A stretch of DNA of 64,000 nucleotides from Chrysomallon squamiferum. Taxonomy: Eukaryota > Animalia > Mollusca. The notes below the pieces were generated by a model, which was not told the origin of the DNA, did not search any database, and saw nothing but the letters and a program-made list of their open reading frames with translations. This document shows, one piece after another, positions 26,901 to 41,224 of the stretch (its first letter is position 1; every line of letters begins with the position of its first letter). A program made the position numbers and the translations under genes. The stretch lies in contig CM022667.1 in the NCBI GenBank assembly GCA_012295275.1, positions 16,306,001 to 16,370,000 of the forward strand, read 5' to 3'.

Positions 26901-29537
26901 GATACTTACAATTTATTTAATCTATATACATATGTTACACAGGTAAAGTATAAGTATTATTACATATGCTAACATTTTATCTTTGAATTGTAATTACTAA
27001 TTTGTATCCAGATATGCACAAAAATCCTCCATAGACCGTCCACCAGTTCATAACGGTTTTTTTTCTATATTCTGTTTAACAAAAATTAATATTATAATAA
27101 TATTTATGCAACAGTATGAGGTAGGGTTTTCATTCAGTTTGCATTCTTCTGTATAAAGCAAGACATTCAAAGAAAGAGTCGACTGGTACAAAACAAAGCA
27201 GGACCACATTCACACAATTTCATACTTGTATATAATATTATACCTTATTCTTGGTAATGCTAACTGCCGCTCGGGGCATGGCTAATTCCCAGTCTGAAAA
27301 TGTTACGATAGTTTACTATATGTTAAAAGCAGAACAAAATCAAATGTCATTTTAATTTCTTACCTAAGCATTTCTATTTGTCTTCTTTCATATTCTGACA
27401 TTTGTTTCACAAATAACTACTGTTTGTGCAGTTTATTAACCATTTGAAATGAAGCGATAGTGCATGATCCATGCACAGTTATTATGTTTTAACGATGCAT
27501 AACAGTTGCAATTTTAATTTTTTTCTTCATTTATTGTATGCAAATTTCGCCTTTCAGTCAAAAACATTCTCATCGTTTTAAGTTCCTTTAATAATCTGTA
27601 ATTTTAATGACCGTTTCGTCAGGACACTGTAAATATAACTGCCGGTTTGTTTATCGTAATAATGACTGTTGTTCTGGATTACTGTATCAGAGAAATTTTC
27701 AGTAAATATTATTAGAGCAGCTACAGGGCTCCCCATAACATTCTCTACTTACATTGCATTATTTATATTCATTTATTATTTTTGCCATGATTTTGATTTG
27801 CTGGGAGCTAGTTTTAATTATGTAGTGAAAGTGTTAAACACAGACATAAACCCACGTAATGACAGGGTTCGAATTTTACTACGGCAGCGACTGGAAGTGC
27901 CGTGGTCCTCCACACTTGCCTTCGTCCCTCATAATTTGGACGATCTCCACCGCAGTAAAACACCAAGGCCGCACTACCTGATTTGCATGCATCCCGTGAA
28001 TCCAACTGACGTTCATGTTAATTAGGTATCTGTTTGCTACAAATGACAAGGCAAGCGAGAGAAGGAACCCCATTGGCCATAATATTGTAGCTACTGACCT
28101 GCGTCAAACTTGACGACTTGGCATAGTGCTTGCGCAGTCGCTACGACATCTGAATAACGAATGTCATTGTGTTGTGTGTGATGACTGATCCCTGCAGAAC
28201 ATTAACCCCCAAATTTTGCTAATACGAGAGCTCAAGAAATGCTGGTCCGCCATTGTATGTGTGTATAGGTATATATGTGTATCTTTTCATGTGTGTTTCT
28301 GTCTATATACGAGGGCGCATGTACATGTATGCAGAAAACATATACATATATACCAATATATATGCAGACAGTCACACACACACACAAACACACATATGCA
28401 TATAAAGATACAAATGGCTGTTACTAAGGCCTACAACTTAACTCCATGCATTTTTGAAAGCAGACAAATGGAAATAAGAAATATATATATGTATGTATGA
28501 ATGTAAGACAGACTCCGATATCCCATTTATTCCTTAACAGAGTCCTAAGATAATATATCATCAGAATCAGTTTAATACTTCTCTATTAATTGTTGAACGA
28601 ATATTTTCGAATTTCTGAAGGATAATCAACTAATATTTATAAAATTCGCACACACGCAAAGAGAAACAAAATAAAAACTTACCATTCTCCATCTTGTTAT
28701 TATATTTTAAGTTTCACAGCTGAACTTCAATGTCGTCTTGTATAATGCGCACAGAAAAGGCATTTAACATTATATGTATATCAGTTGTCATAGGTTACAA
28801 CTTTATTATGCATATGCACAGAAACTTGGCTGGTAAGTTTCATCAGAGTTTAATAAACGTTCCTATACGTAGAGGCTTGTAGCTTTGATGTACATGTCTT
28901 AACTTGTTTTATCGTCTGCAGAAGGTTTTTTTATTCCTGAGCAAAATATACTGACAGGTGAACCGAGTGTTACCTGTACGCGTTTCTGTAAGACTTCTAT
29001 GCATATTCATTTCACGATACAGAAGATGACATACCGTCCACCTCGATAGCTACGAGCGAACAGTATCTGTAATTGTATTCAGTTAGGAACTGAGCTAATT
29101 TTAGATTTCAAAAAATGAAAACATGTTTTTTTCTTTTCCGTCGTTGCCCTATATTGTTTTTCTTCTTTCTTTCTGTGATTGTATTCTTCTTCGTTCGTTC
29201 TCCTTCTTGTTTTCAACTTATTAATTCCCTAGCACTTTACTATGCAGAGCAATTTAAACTTATAAATAGTTAATAACATAATTAAAGTAACTATAACAAA
29301 CAAAAATTAAATATTCTATTATACTATATACAGCTAACAGTAATTAAGATGAATCAGAAATACAAACTGGCATGAACAAAAATTTTGAATATAAACGAAA
29401 ATATATCCCCTAAAACCAAAATCCGTCAAATAAAAAGATAGAACAGAACAAAAGTTAAGACAGACTCCGAGAATCCCATTTTGAACCTAATCTTATCTCA
29501 TTAATTTCTTTTATTATTATTGTTATTATTCTTCTTC

Positions 29538-29599
<62 letters not shown>

Positions 29600-30559
29600 G
29601 ATTGACTGACTGACTGACTGACTAACTGACTGACTGACTGATTGATTGATTGATTCATTGATTGATTCATTTTGTTATGTGCTTATATATATTTTTTGTG
29701 AAACAAAGTGAACTTTAGATAACATTAACATATTCTGATACAGCGTCGCTAGCAGAAAATCAGTTGAAACTGCTGCGCTATACAAACTGAGCCGTTCTGT
29801 AGAAACTGACAAAGAGCTGTTTTCTGCTGGGCCGTGCTCCACCTGGGCTGAGCTGTAGCAGTCTAGACGTGTCTGATCACTGACAAAGCAGGTTAACGTG
29901 TTGACATTTCACACAGATTCCCGTCTATCTGATGCTGACCGTGGTTCACTGGCTCCATTCTGGTGCCTTGGAATATATTATGTATTGTGACGGTGTTCTT
30001 GAGCCCGGTATAAAGGGTATTATAGTACAAATTGTTTAAGAAAAAAAAAAAAAAAACATTTTGTAATTTTCCACTGTTGTTTTGTTACTATCAGTACTAA
30101 GCAGACATTTTGCATTATACTTTGTAGTAAAGTACAACTCAAAATAGGAGATTTTCTGTGCGAGGAACAGAGACTGCTATTACTACTTTTGTTGTTGCTG
30201 TTGTTAACATTTTGCATACCTAAGAATGTTAAGCCCTGTACTGCTGTAACACTGAATTCAGTGTGACCTTGCGTCTTCCATTCTGATTTGGTGAGGAGAT
30301 ACTCGACCCCGATACAAAACAGAAACCAGTCATACGGTTTATGTTTTATATTAAACTTGTCTAGGTAATAAGCTAAACGTCTTAAAAAAAAATGTAGGTT
30401 AGAATATTCATTTTTTCAACTGCAATTTGTTTAGTTTAAAGTAAATTCCCAGTAATGGTCAGCCTCTCTCTCTCTCTCTCTGTAGAAGTATCCATATTAA
30501 AAATCTATAATGAGTAATACTTTTTTAAACCATTACACAGAGGCCCGGTGTTTCTTTTA

Positions 30560-30621
<62 letters not shown>

Positions 30622-32019
30622 TAATAATAATAATAATAATGACAATGATAATAACAAAGCATCAATTATTTACTTGAATAGTAAAATTATACAATGTAGG
30701 TCACATATTACTTTTTCCACTAGCTTAATTTGGCTCTTTCCTTAAATATAACGAAATTTTACCAGCGCTTCGTAAGTGGGGTTTTTTATGCTCTCTTTGA
30801 GGAATTATAGGCAAATAAATAAATACATTTTTATTATGTTCTTCCCAAAACATTGTGTACATAGATTGCGTTATTTATATTTATTTATTTTCTTCCATCA
30901 TTTTTATTTTGCTGGGAGCTAGTTTTAGTTATGCAGTGAAAGCGTTAAACACAGACATAAACCCACGTAATTACTGGGTTCGAATTTTACTACGGCAGCA
31001 ACGGAAAGTGACGTGGTCCTCTACATTTGCCTTCGTCCTTCTTAACTTGGATCGTCAGCACCGCAGTAAAACACCGTTGCCGCTCTCCCTAATTTGCATT
31101 TATGCTATTACAGTAAATACAATTGATTAACTGACGTTTATGTTTATTATGTATCTATTGTAACTCTATATCCAATAATACAGGTATAACTTTTAAGATG
31201 CATGTTACAAACAGTCCCTGTGTTTCTTTTAAATAATAATAATAATTAATAATAATAATAATAATAATAACAATAATAATAATAAAGAATATTAAAGCAT
31301 ATATTATTTACTTGCATAGTAAAATAATACAATCTAAGGCAAATGTCACTGTTTCTACCACATCAGTTTGGCCCTTTCCTTAAATATATCGAAATTTAAC
31401 AAGTGTTTCTTATTTGGGTTCCCCTTGTTCAGGAAGTATAGGCAAAATAATAAATAAATAAATAAATAAACTTCAAGACATAAACCCACGTAATTACAGG
31501 GTTCGAATTTTCCTATGGAAGCGACGGAAAGTGCCGTGGTTTTCCTCAACAATTAGTCCCTCATAACTTGGACGATCTCAACCGCAGTAAAACACCGTGG
31601 CCGCCCTCCCTGATTTGCATATACGCCATTCCAGTAAGTCCAGTTGATTAATTAACGTTTATGTTTATTAGGTATCAATTTGCTACAATGCCACGGCAAG
31701 CGTAGAAAAAAAGAACCCCCCCAAAAAAAAAAAAAAGCAAAAAATAAACCGCAAAGAACAGGAGCTAAGCTCGGCGGCCGCAAAATTTGCAGAGATAACG
31801 ATTTTTTCAGGCATGAGTAATTAGTTATTAGTCATATTTTAGCTACTGACCTGCTTCAACCTCAAGGACTTGGCATATTGACTGCGCAATCGCTACAACA
31901 TCTGATTCACGAATGTCGTTTGTCGTGTAATTATTGATCGATAACGCGTTTCTGAAGCCTGGTCCCAGCGGATAATTAACTTCGCAAATTTTGCTAATAC
32001 TAGAGGACAAAATCCACTG

Positions 32020-32310
32020 TACAAAAGCCCATTCAGAAATATTTCAGTTCCACTTCAAGTTCTATCTCGATTATATCTTTAATTTCTCTTGACAAGACTT
32101 TCAGACACTTACCATCCCACACCACTGACCCACACTGTTCTGGTTGCTTAAGATAGCCCCAGTCACAGTGTTTTCTTTAATGTAATGTCCCAGTGTCTCG
32201 GGGGAATTTCCCAATTACTTTAAGTGTAAACAAAGCGAAATAAACCCCAGAGGTGTTAATGGTGTTTATGTATCTTTAGATTATGATTGGCGCTTTTAGT
32301 TCTGTCCTTC
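32020..32310 (-). mobile_element. Inverted, internally deleted solo LTR-like copy
   Basis: gatagccccagtcacagtgttt..aatgtcccagtgtct.gg.ggaatttccc is the reverse complement of 16105-16170. Confidence 0.55.
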
Positions 32311-32514
32311 AAATAAGAAATTTATTTAGTGGAATATACTGTAAATAAAAAGTGTTTAGCCTGATGAGAAATGCGAATTTCAGCTTCTGGTATAAAAATT
32401 TGTAATTTACAAATGGCTGACTTACCTAAAACTGATGATATAAGCTTATTATTGTTATTTTTATTGTTATTTTATTTAACATTTTTTTCTTTCTTTATTT
32501 TTATTGTGTGTGTA

Positions 32515-32557
<43 letters not shown>

Positions 32558-33074
32558 TTATTTATTTTTTAATAAAAGAAAGTCAGGTAACGTTAAGTAT
32601 GATGCTTCTGCAAGATCCAATAACATAGTTCAAGCTTCTTTAAGAATACTCTTACTTGTCGAAAGCAACCTGAACCGTGCGAAAGAGGAGATTCGATTCC
32701 TTAGGAATCCTTCCCAGTTCAAACCGTCATGTTATAAGAAGGATGCAATTTCAACGGATACGTAGATATACAAGTTATTTAATACATAAAATGTTTCAAA
32801 ATGTAAATGCTATAAGGTTCAAGTGTTAGATAAATCACTGTTATCATGCTTTTGTATAAACTGTAAACACGACAAGTCTTTGCGTGTATCAAATATTTAA
32901 AACATGTAACTAATTATAGTTATAAATTTCAGACCTGTTTTTGTAGTATTAGTAAATACTTGTCACGGTTTTGTGTATTGTGTTAAATTTCAGAGATGAT
33001 CTAAGCCAACAGAAAACAATTATTATTTAGAAACTGAATTGCCCAGCAAAACAGAAGAAACAACAACAGCTGAA

Positions 33075-33240
<166 letters not shown>

Positions 33241-35814
33241 AAGAAAATGAATCAGCCCTTTCTGATAAGAAGCAAATATTTTCTAGTGTATATTTCCACA
33301 GACAGGAAATGACAAACTGAGGATAATGCCTAGCATTTTGGAGACGTCTCCACACTGTATTCAAAAGTACAAAAATAAAGAGCAACAAACAGAAACAACA
33401 ACAATAACAACAACTACATACAAATAATAAAGAAAGAAATAAAGAAAGAAAACCAACCAACTAAACAAACAAACAAACAAACAAGCAAACAAATAAATAA
33501 ATACATAAGGACAACTTAGTAAATAAAAGCCTTATGAATAAAACGTAAAAAAAAAGATAATAAATAAATTTAAAAAATGTCATATGTTCGCTGGTGTATA
33601 GGCGGAGAAGAGTAAAACTATTTTATTCTTTTACTTTGCGTGTTTGTCACTGAGCGTATTCTGCTTCCACTAATAGTTGATGTTTCTTTCTCACCATTTA
33701 AAATAATAATAATAAAAATAATTTAAAAAAATTTAAAAATGAAACAAAGTAAATAAATAACATTTTTTGCAGATATTTAAACCGTTTATAGAGCGGCATA
33801 TTCAATTGATTTTCAAGAAGGTCTGATATCAAAATGTGATAATGCTATCTAATGTTCATTAGTATTTACAGAAAAAAATCTATGCTCGTAACATAATGAA
33901 TGAATGAATGAATAAATAAGTCCGTCTCAACTTTTGTTTTGTTTTACATTTTCATTTGGCGCCTTATGGTTTTAGGGGATATTTTTTCTTTGCAATTAAG
34001 GATTTTTGTTGATGCATGTTTCTATTGCTGATTTATTTGTTATTTTTAATAGAATTGTGTTTATTTATTTATAGTTAATTTTATTATATTATTATCGGTC
34101 TCAATTCCTCAGCTTAATAAAGAGCAAGGGAGGTAAATAAGTTGAAAACGAGAAGGAGAGGACAGGAGGAAGAAAACAAAATCAAAGAAAGAAAGCAATA
34201 AGGTACCTGCCAGTAGTATGTGTTGCTGGTTGTCTGCACGGTATTGTCAGCGGCCCTCAACTTGTTTGCCCATGTGGAACCCTTGAAATAGTTTTAATAT
34301 CTCAGGGAACCTCTCTACGTTTTATATCTCGGTCACTGACAATATATTTCAATATATTTAAAAACATCCTAGATATTAGTGCATAAAAAACATATGTCTT
34401 TACAATGTAGTTCAAGATGTGTATTACGCAGTATGTATTAAATACATTTTACACTAGTGAACACATTACGTATAAGCCTAATTACTTTATTCATATATAT
34501 ATATATACGTACATACATACGATGTTTCGGTGTAGATTACCTTGCAAGTAATCAGTTTTTTATCTGAAACAAACCGCACCTGAATGGAGCCAGTGAAGCA
34601 CGGTCAGCATCAGATAGATGGGTATCTCTGCGAAATGTCACGACGTTAACCTGCTTTGTTAATCATTAGGTATTTTTACATTGTAACAAATAAAGCGAGC
34701 TCAGCCCAGGTGGAGCACGGCCTGCAGAAAAGACGGCAGTGTAAACGTGTTGAACGTGCTCCACCCTGTGCTACTTTCTGGTAGGCGAAGCCCGCAAGAC
34801 GATCCAAGCTGGGATCGACACTTGAAATGGTCTCCGTAAACACACCACCTGATATGTTGAATATATAATACTTTACTTAAGACTAATCAGATTACTACAA
34901 ATATAGTGTCACTTGTGTGTATTGTGCAATCATGTGTCTGTCTGCGTGTGCTTTATTCATTACGGCAATGTTCATCTGCACTTGAAATATTGTTCCGCTG
35001 TCGAGTCGTATTTCTTCCAAACATTGTCCGAGCAAAAGCGAATATACAGCCTTTAGAGTTGATCTCAAAGCATAATGCTGCTCAGCACATCTAATCTGCA
35101 AAGTCCACGACAATGTGATGGTGGCATTTGCAGAATATATTTATTGACATTCGAATAATTCTCTGTACTTCAACGAAACATATTAACTTGTTTCAAGCTG
35201 TCATCTTGTCGAACTATTGACAGAAAAGTCTTCGGACAATATATTAAGTTTTTGATCTGAATAGAAATAATAACTGTAAGCCACCCTGAGATGGTGTCTG
35301 AGAAAATCGTCAGACATCTGCTCATCTTGTAAGTCAAACTGAGATCTTGGGTTTGGTTGGAATGCTGAGGCAAGATAGAATTTAAAAACTCTGAGCTCGG
35401 CAGCCTCTGTGTGTTCAAAGCTCTTTTAGTACGAGTTAGTCACATGAACGTGGTTTGAATTAGATATTGGCCGTAATATAGCTACGAGCTTCAGCAATGT
35501 CAGTGACGTGGTTGAAAACTTCATAAAAAACAAGTTGTATTGGATCCCTAATTAAACCCAACCCTCCAGTCCCTGAACTGTAAATAAAATGACAATTCAA
35601 AGCCATACACACATCCGACCATCCATCCATCCATCCATACATATATATTTAGATACATGCATATATACATGCATACAGAGATACATAGATGCATACATAC
35701 GCACATACATACATATATTACTACATTTGGATATTACTTTTCATTACATTTTGATGATGTTTTAAAATTTGAAATCGTCTTTTATTTTCTGGAGTAACGT
35801 TTCAGAATTTTATA

Positions 35815-35886
<72 letters not shown>

Positions 35887-36911
35887 GACCCATAGATAGA
35901 TAGATAGATAGATTTCATTGTACATTTCGGTGCAAATTCAGTAACTCGCAGCGATAGCCAGCAAAACAAAATCTAAACTAAATAATTTACAAAAAGTAAT
36001 AATCTGCAAATCAATTATTAACATGACTTATCAGATAGAATTTCATCCTGTAAATGTATACATACATACATACATATATACAAACATACATACATACATA
36101 TACTGACACACAAACACATAGACACAGAAACAGAAATAAACATAACACAAATAGACACAAATATACACAAACGTACATATACATGCACACGTAAACACAC
36201 ACATACACACACAAACGAAAACAGACACACAAAAATACACCTTATATTATCATTTTCGTTTTGCAGTGAATGAGACAACATTCAGAGATAGAAGTTACAA
36301 CACTTTTTATTTCTGAATAATAATACTTGTAAGAAGACAAAAATATGAAATCACAAAAAAACACCTCACAATATATATACGTTAAGTGGTATCCGTTTTC
36401 TAAAATACTGATTTATAAATATATCCTTATTAGATTTAATATAGTATATTTTAATATAATTATAATTAACATTACGGATAATTGAAAAAAAAAAACAAAT
36501 TATTAAATAATTTAGAAATTACTGATGGATATGGATAATGTCTGTATAAATAACCACCAGAAAAATATGTATGTATGTATGTGTATAATATGTTTTAACT
36601 TATTAATAAAAAAAAATATATATACATATACCACACTGTTACATTATTCTACATTGTATGGTGTGTTAACTATAAAATAAAACAATATATATAATTATCT
36701 TCCACAGTCAGAAACTTAAAAAACAAGAAGAAAAAAGGGAGTAAGAAAAGAAGCTGATAATAAAAATATAATATTGTAATAAAACTAATTAGTAATAAGT
36801 TATGGATATGGATAATATAAGGTCAGTATCAAAAACTGCAATAACAAATACCACACTCTTACATTATTCTATATTAAACAGTATGTATCCACAGAAAAAA
36901 GAAAAAAGTAG

Positions 36912-36952
<41 letters not shown>

Positions 36953-37458
36953 ATTAAAAAAAAAGAAAAAAGAAGACTTAAGGAATGCTTTCAATCAACA
37001 GCTTTTTATGACATATAATAGTGTGTTCTCATCCAGATCAGAATTATCACTATATCTAATTATCTTCACTGATAGCAAACAGTTAGAGACTTAAGAATAA
37101 ATAAAAAAAAAAAAAAAAAGATGATAATAAAAATATAATATTGTAAGAAAACTAATTATGCCTAATTAAAAAACAAATTAGTAATTAGTAATGGATATAG
37201 ATAATATAAGTTCTGTATATATAACTACAACAAACAATATCACAAGTATGAAAGTAAAATATAAATCAAAATAGTTACAATTTACATTTAGAATAATAGA
37301 TTCACTGTATTAAAAACAGCAATAAAAAAACCAAAAATAGATAGAAAAACAAACGTAAAAATGTTTTTAAATTGTTACAACATATAATGTCAGTCATTTA
37401 TAAATTAGATTATCACTATATCTAATTATCTTCCACTGACAGAAAACAGTCAGAGCCT

Positions 37459-37491
<33 letters not shown>

Positions 37492-38987
37492 AATAAATAA
37501 ATAAATAAATAATATAAAAAATAATGATAATAAAAATAAAATATTTTAAGAAAACTAATTAGGCTAAATAAACAAACATATATTAATTATTAATGCATAT
37601 AGGTAATATAAGGTCTGTATAAATAACCAAAATAAAAAATACCACACTCTTACATTATTCTACAATACAATAGAAAAAAATAACAATAATAAAAAAAATT
37701 TAAGAAAACTAATTAGGCCAAATAAACAAAAATAATTAAAAATGGATTATAAGGTCTGTATAAATAACTACAATAAAAAATGCAACACTCTTACATCATT
37801 CTATAATGTATAGCACGTAAAATATAAAACAAAGCAGTCACTATTTACATATAAAAGAATGAATCCACTGTATTTAAAAAAAATAATAATAATAAAAAAA
37901 TAAAATAAAAATATGCAATTAATATTTTGTTAGAACATAAAATGTTGTCAGCAATCTACAAAACAGAATTTGCACTATATATAATTATCTTCCCTGCTAC
38001 AAAATACCTGAACAGTAAAAAAGAAGATGATAATGAAAATACAATAATTTAAAAATAAAGCATAAGTCTAAATGTTAACATTTCAAATATGCAATAATGG
38101 AAATAGTTTCTCTAAATTTTGCATAATATTAACAGAAACATCCTATGCATTCTATTTAAAACATAAAATACGTGTGACTTATATTTATATTTAGATCAAT
38201 GAGTACATCATTACTATAATATAACCAAATGTTTACTGACACTTAGCTGTAAAGGTACTACGGATAGGTGTGCAGAAATATAAATGTCAGCTTTCAGGAT
38301 AGACCTGTTATCTTTGGTCTCATTTTTGCTCCATTAAGATGAGTTCAAAATATCCTGTTACAGGCTTTGCTCAGGGTTTCTTAAATCTGCCACTGTAAAA
38401 CACGTTGTCTTCTTTATTAATTCTGCCACTGTAAACACGTTGTCTTCTTTATTTTCTATTACTGATTTGTCTGCTTTAAAATATAATTTGTAAGTAGGTA
38501 AAGTCAGTTGCCTTCTGAAAGGCATAGTATTCTTCAGGATATCCTTTCTATTTAAAATATTCAAGGAATTTTTCAGTGTTAACCACTAAACACTGCAATA
38601 AACTTCTGAAACTTAATTCAGTAAAACATATTTCCTAGCAATAACTGCATCAAAATACAATTCATTCAGCAGTCATTTAACACAAAAACATAGAAAATAA
38701 TCTACACATATAATTTGTAAACATTAATTTTGTTTGTTATTAGTTCTATTATTATTGTCATTGTATAGTTTGTTTTTATGTTCTAAAGGGTACTTATTGA
38801 AATCATACAGATGGAAGGTTAGTTGTAGTTTACTGAAAATTCACAAATATTTAATGATATTGTTCTATATCAAGACAATTAACACATAATTATTATTCCC
38901 TTTTTAATTTCACAGAGTTTGTTTTTATATGCGATTTTGGGTCATATTTAATTCAACCTTTACAATATTAAAAGTGTGTACATATCA

Positions 38988-41224
38988 TTATTTATTTATG
39001 CAATCTGTATCCTGTCCAGGACTTTGTCCGACTTTAGCACGATTTATTTTGCATAATTTGTTGGTTTTGTTTTCTTTTTCATTTCTTTCTGTCTCTACCT
39101 GATTTCGTGTCAGTTTATTTGAACATTTAATGTAGTCTGTTTGCAGGGAATTAAGTTTAATAAAATATCTGACTTCACGAGTGTTTTCCTTCTGTTCGAT
39201 ATTTGAACTTATCTTTTTTTTATTCTAATACATATCATCATGAATTGAAGAAATATACGCTCTATGAAAAGAATTATTGAAAGCCTCTGCATCTTCCATT
39301 GCATGACTTTATCTTTTGATATAAGAGCACATGTTTGTGTCATCATAGCAATGAGGGCACTGAACATCAAGACGTAAGTGAGAATGACAAAGAGAATAAC
39401 AAGAGTTGTGGCCAACCAAGGCACACTTGCTTCACTGAGCACAGTCAGTTCAGGCAAACCCAGCATCATGTTAAATAAAGTTAACATAGTCATCTGAAAA
39501 CTCTGAAAATTCTCAGAATTGGTACATACCACAGAATTGTTACTTCCCATAGAAGAGTCACATGTTATGATAGTTGGAACAAAGAGCATGTAAACCATTG
39601 TTGTAAAAGACAGATATTCGATCAATATAATGACCGAAAAGCGAATGAAATCACTGAATAAAACTTTTTGTATCATCACGGTGAAAAAGCTGAATTTTTT
39701 AAAACCTCTAAGGAAAAATATGAGGAACCAGGATCCAATAAGGACTGAAAGGATTATAAGGTAGGCTGAACCAGGCTGGATGAAGTACCAGACAGCGTCT
39801 ACAAAAGTTGATAGTGAAAACAATACCAGCAAAAGATGGTATGTCCCATTGTAATGGATCCTTTTGAAATTCCAATATTTTCCATGATAAAGACATGTTC
39901 CTTCCATCAGCAAATATAATATAGGAATAATCAAATTTAAGGAACTGATTGCAGTAACAAAATTTGTTTCAGTTTGTGATGAAGTTTGATTGTTCCCTGA
40001 TGTCGAATCTGTATGTTGTTCAGTTCTTAAAATGGCATATGATGCAATCCCAGTGATATATATGAGGTGGAAAATTCCCCACAAATAGTAATACAACCTG
40101 TACTGAGACCATTTTTTCTCTACAACCTTTCTAATGACTGGATGTTTTACAAATTCAAATGCTGTTTCAGTGTCTAGTTCGCTTATTCTTTCTAGGACCC
40201 CTTTGATTTCACTCACATTTATAGTTTTGTTTTCACTGACATTTCTTATACATCTTGAAGATTTCTCCGAAAATATACCAGAACACAGGAACGATGTCTC
40301 TTCGTCATGAAACCAACACGTCAGTGAAAGAGTATCTATTTCAGTTATATCATACCGTTTCTTGTCGAATACACTACTGTGTTTATCAAGTCTGCAGTAA
40401 ACATCTTCTAAATTTATAATGTGGTCAAATATTTCTGTTTGACCTAGTTGGCTTGCCAGTAGTAATGGAGTTAGTTTTTCTTTATTTAGGTAAAACCAGA
40501 CAACAACTGGATCACTTTCTTCATCAACTCCTTTCTTGTCTAGATAGGCGTTAAGGTATTCCATCATTTGAATAACCTTTTTTTCATTATTAGGATGACA
40601 AGCTGAATATTTCACAAGAGAATGGAAAACTGTATCACCACAGGTATTGCGAACTGCTATTTTAGCACCGTTGTCAATGAGCAACTTGACCATTTGTTCG
40701 TCAAAATTCAGGGCTGCCACGGAAAGTGGAAGCTCTCCCATCATAGCTGTGTATCTAAAGCGACTGCCAATGGCACAACTACTCAGCAGGTCAGTCTTTG
40801 TATCTTCATTTTCAAGCATAGCTTTTACAGCTTTAATATTTTGTTTGCTAATTGCAATGTGAAGAGCTGTCTGCCTTTCATATTCACCAGTTCTATTCTC
40901 TGTTAGAAGACTCGGGCAGAGAGAAACAATCTTTTTAACTAAATCATCACCGTCTTCATATTTAGTTATCAGATGAAGTAAGGTTTTACCTTTTTTACTA
41001 CTTGATTTCTCCTGTTTGTCTTTACATTTAGTTATCAGATGAAGTAAGGTTTCACATTTTTCACTATTTTTCCTCTCCTGTTTGTCTTTTCTTTGATAAC
41101 GGTAATCCGCCAACTGTTTTTTACAGTCACTACTTGTTTCAATCTCATTAAGTTTTTTCATCACTTCATCATGTCTAAAATTAATTATGTCCTCTGCAAG
41201 CTTTTCCATTTCTGAATCGCACAT
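38988..41224 (-). CDS. TRPV: TRPV-family channel copy B; 671-aa ORF (39209-41224) whose C-terminal tail continues in the -1 frame to 38988 (frameshift at A8 run 39214-39221; real or assembly error)
   Basis: Same domain architecture as copy A. After ...CIRIKK the -1 frame reads KISSNIEQKENTREVRYFIKL...TDCINK*, matching copy A EKRYFIKL...RCVNK* at the homologous stop. Confidence 0.9.

Noticed and set aside
34895-35418. Moderately GC-rich short ORFs
   Set aside because: No recognisable family; they overlap the inverted-repeat arm and are not kept open in the homologous 7900-8420 region.
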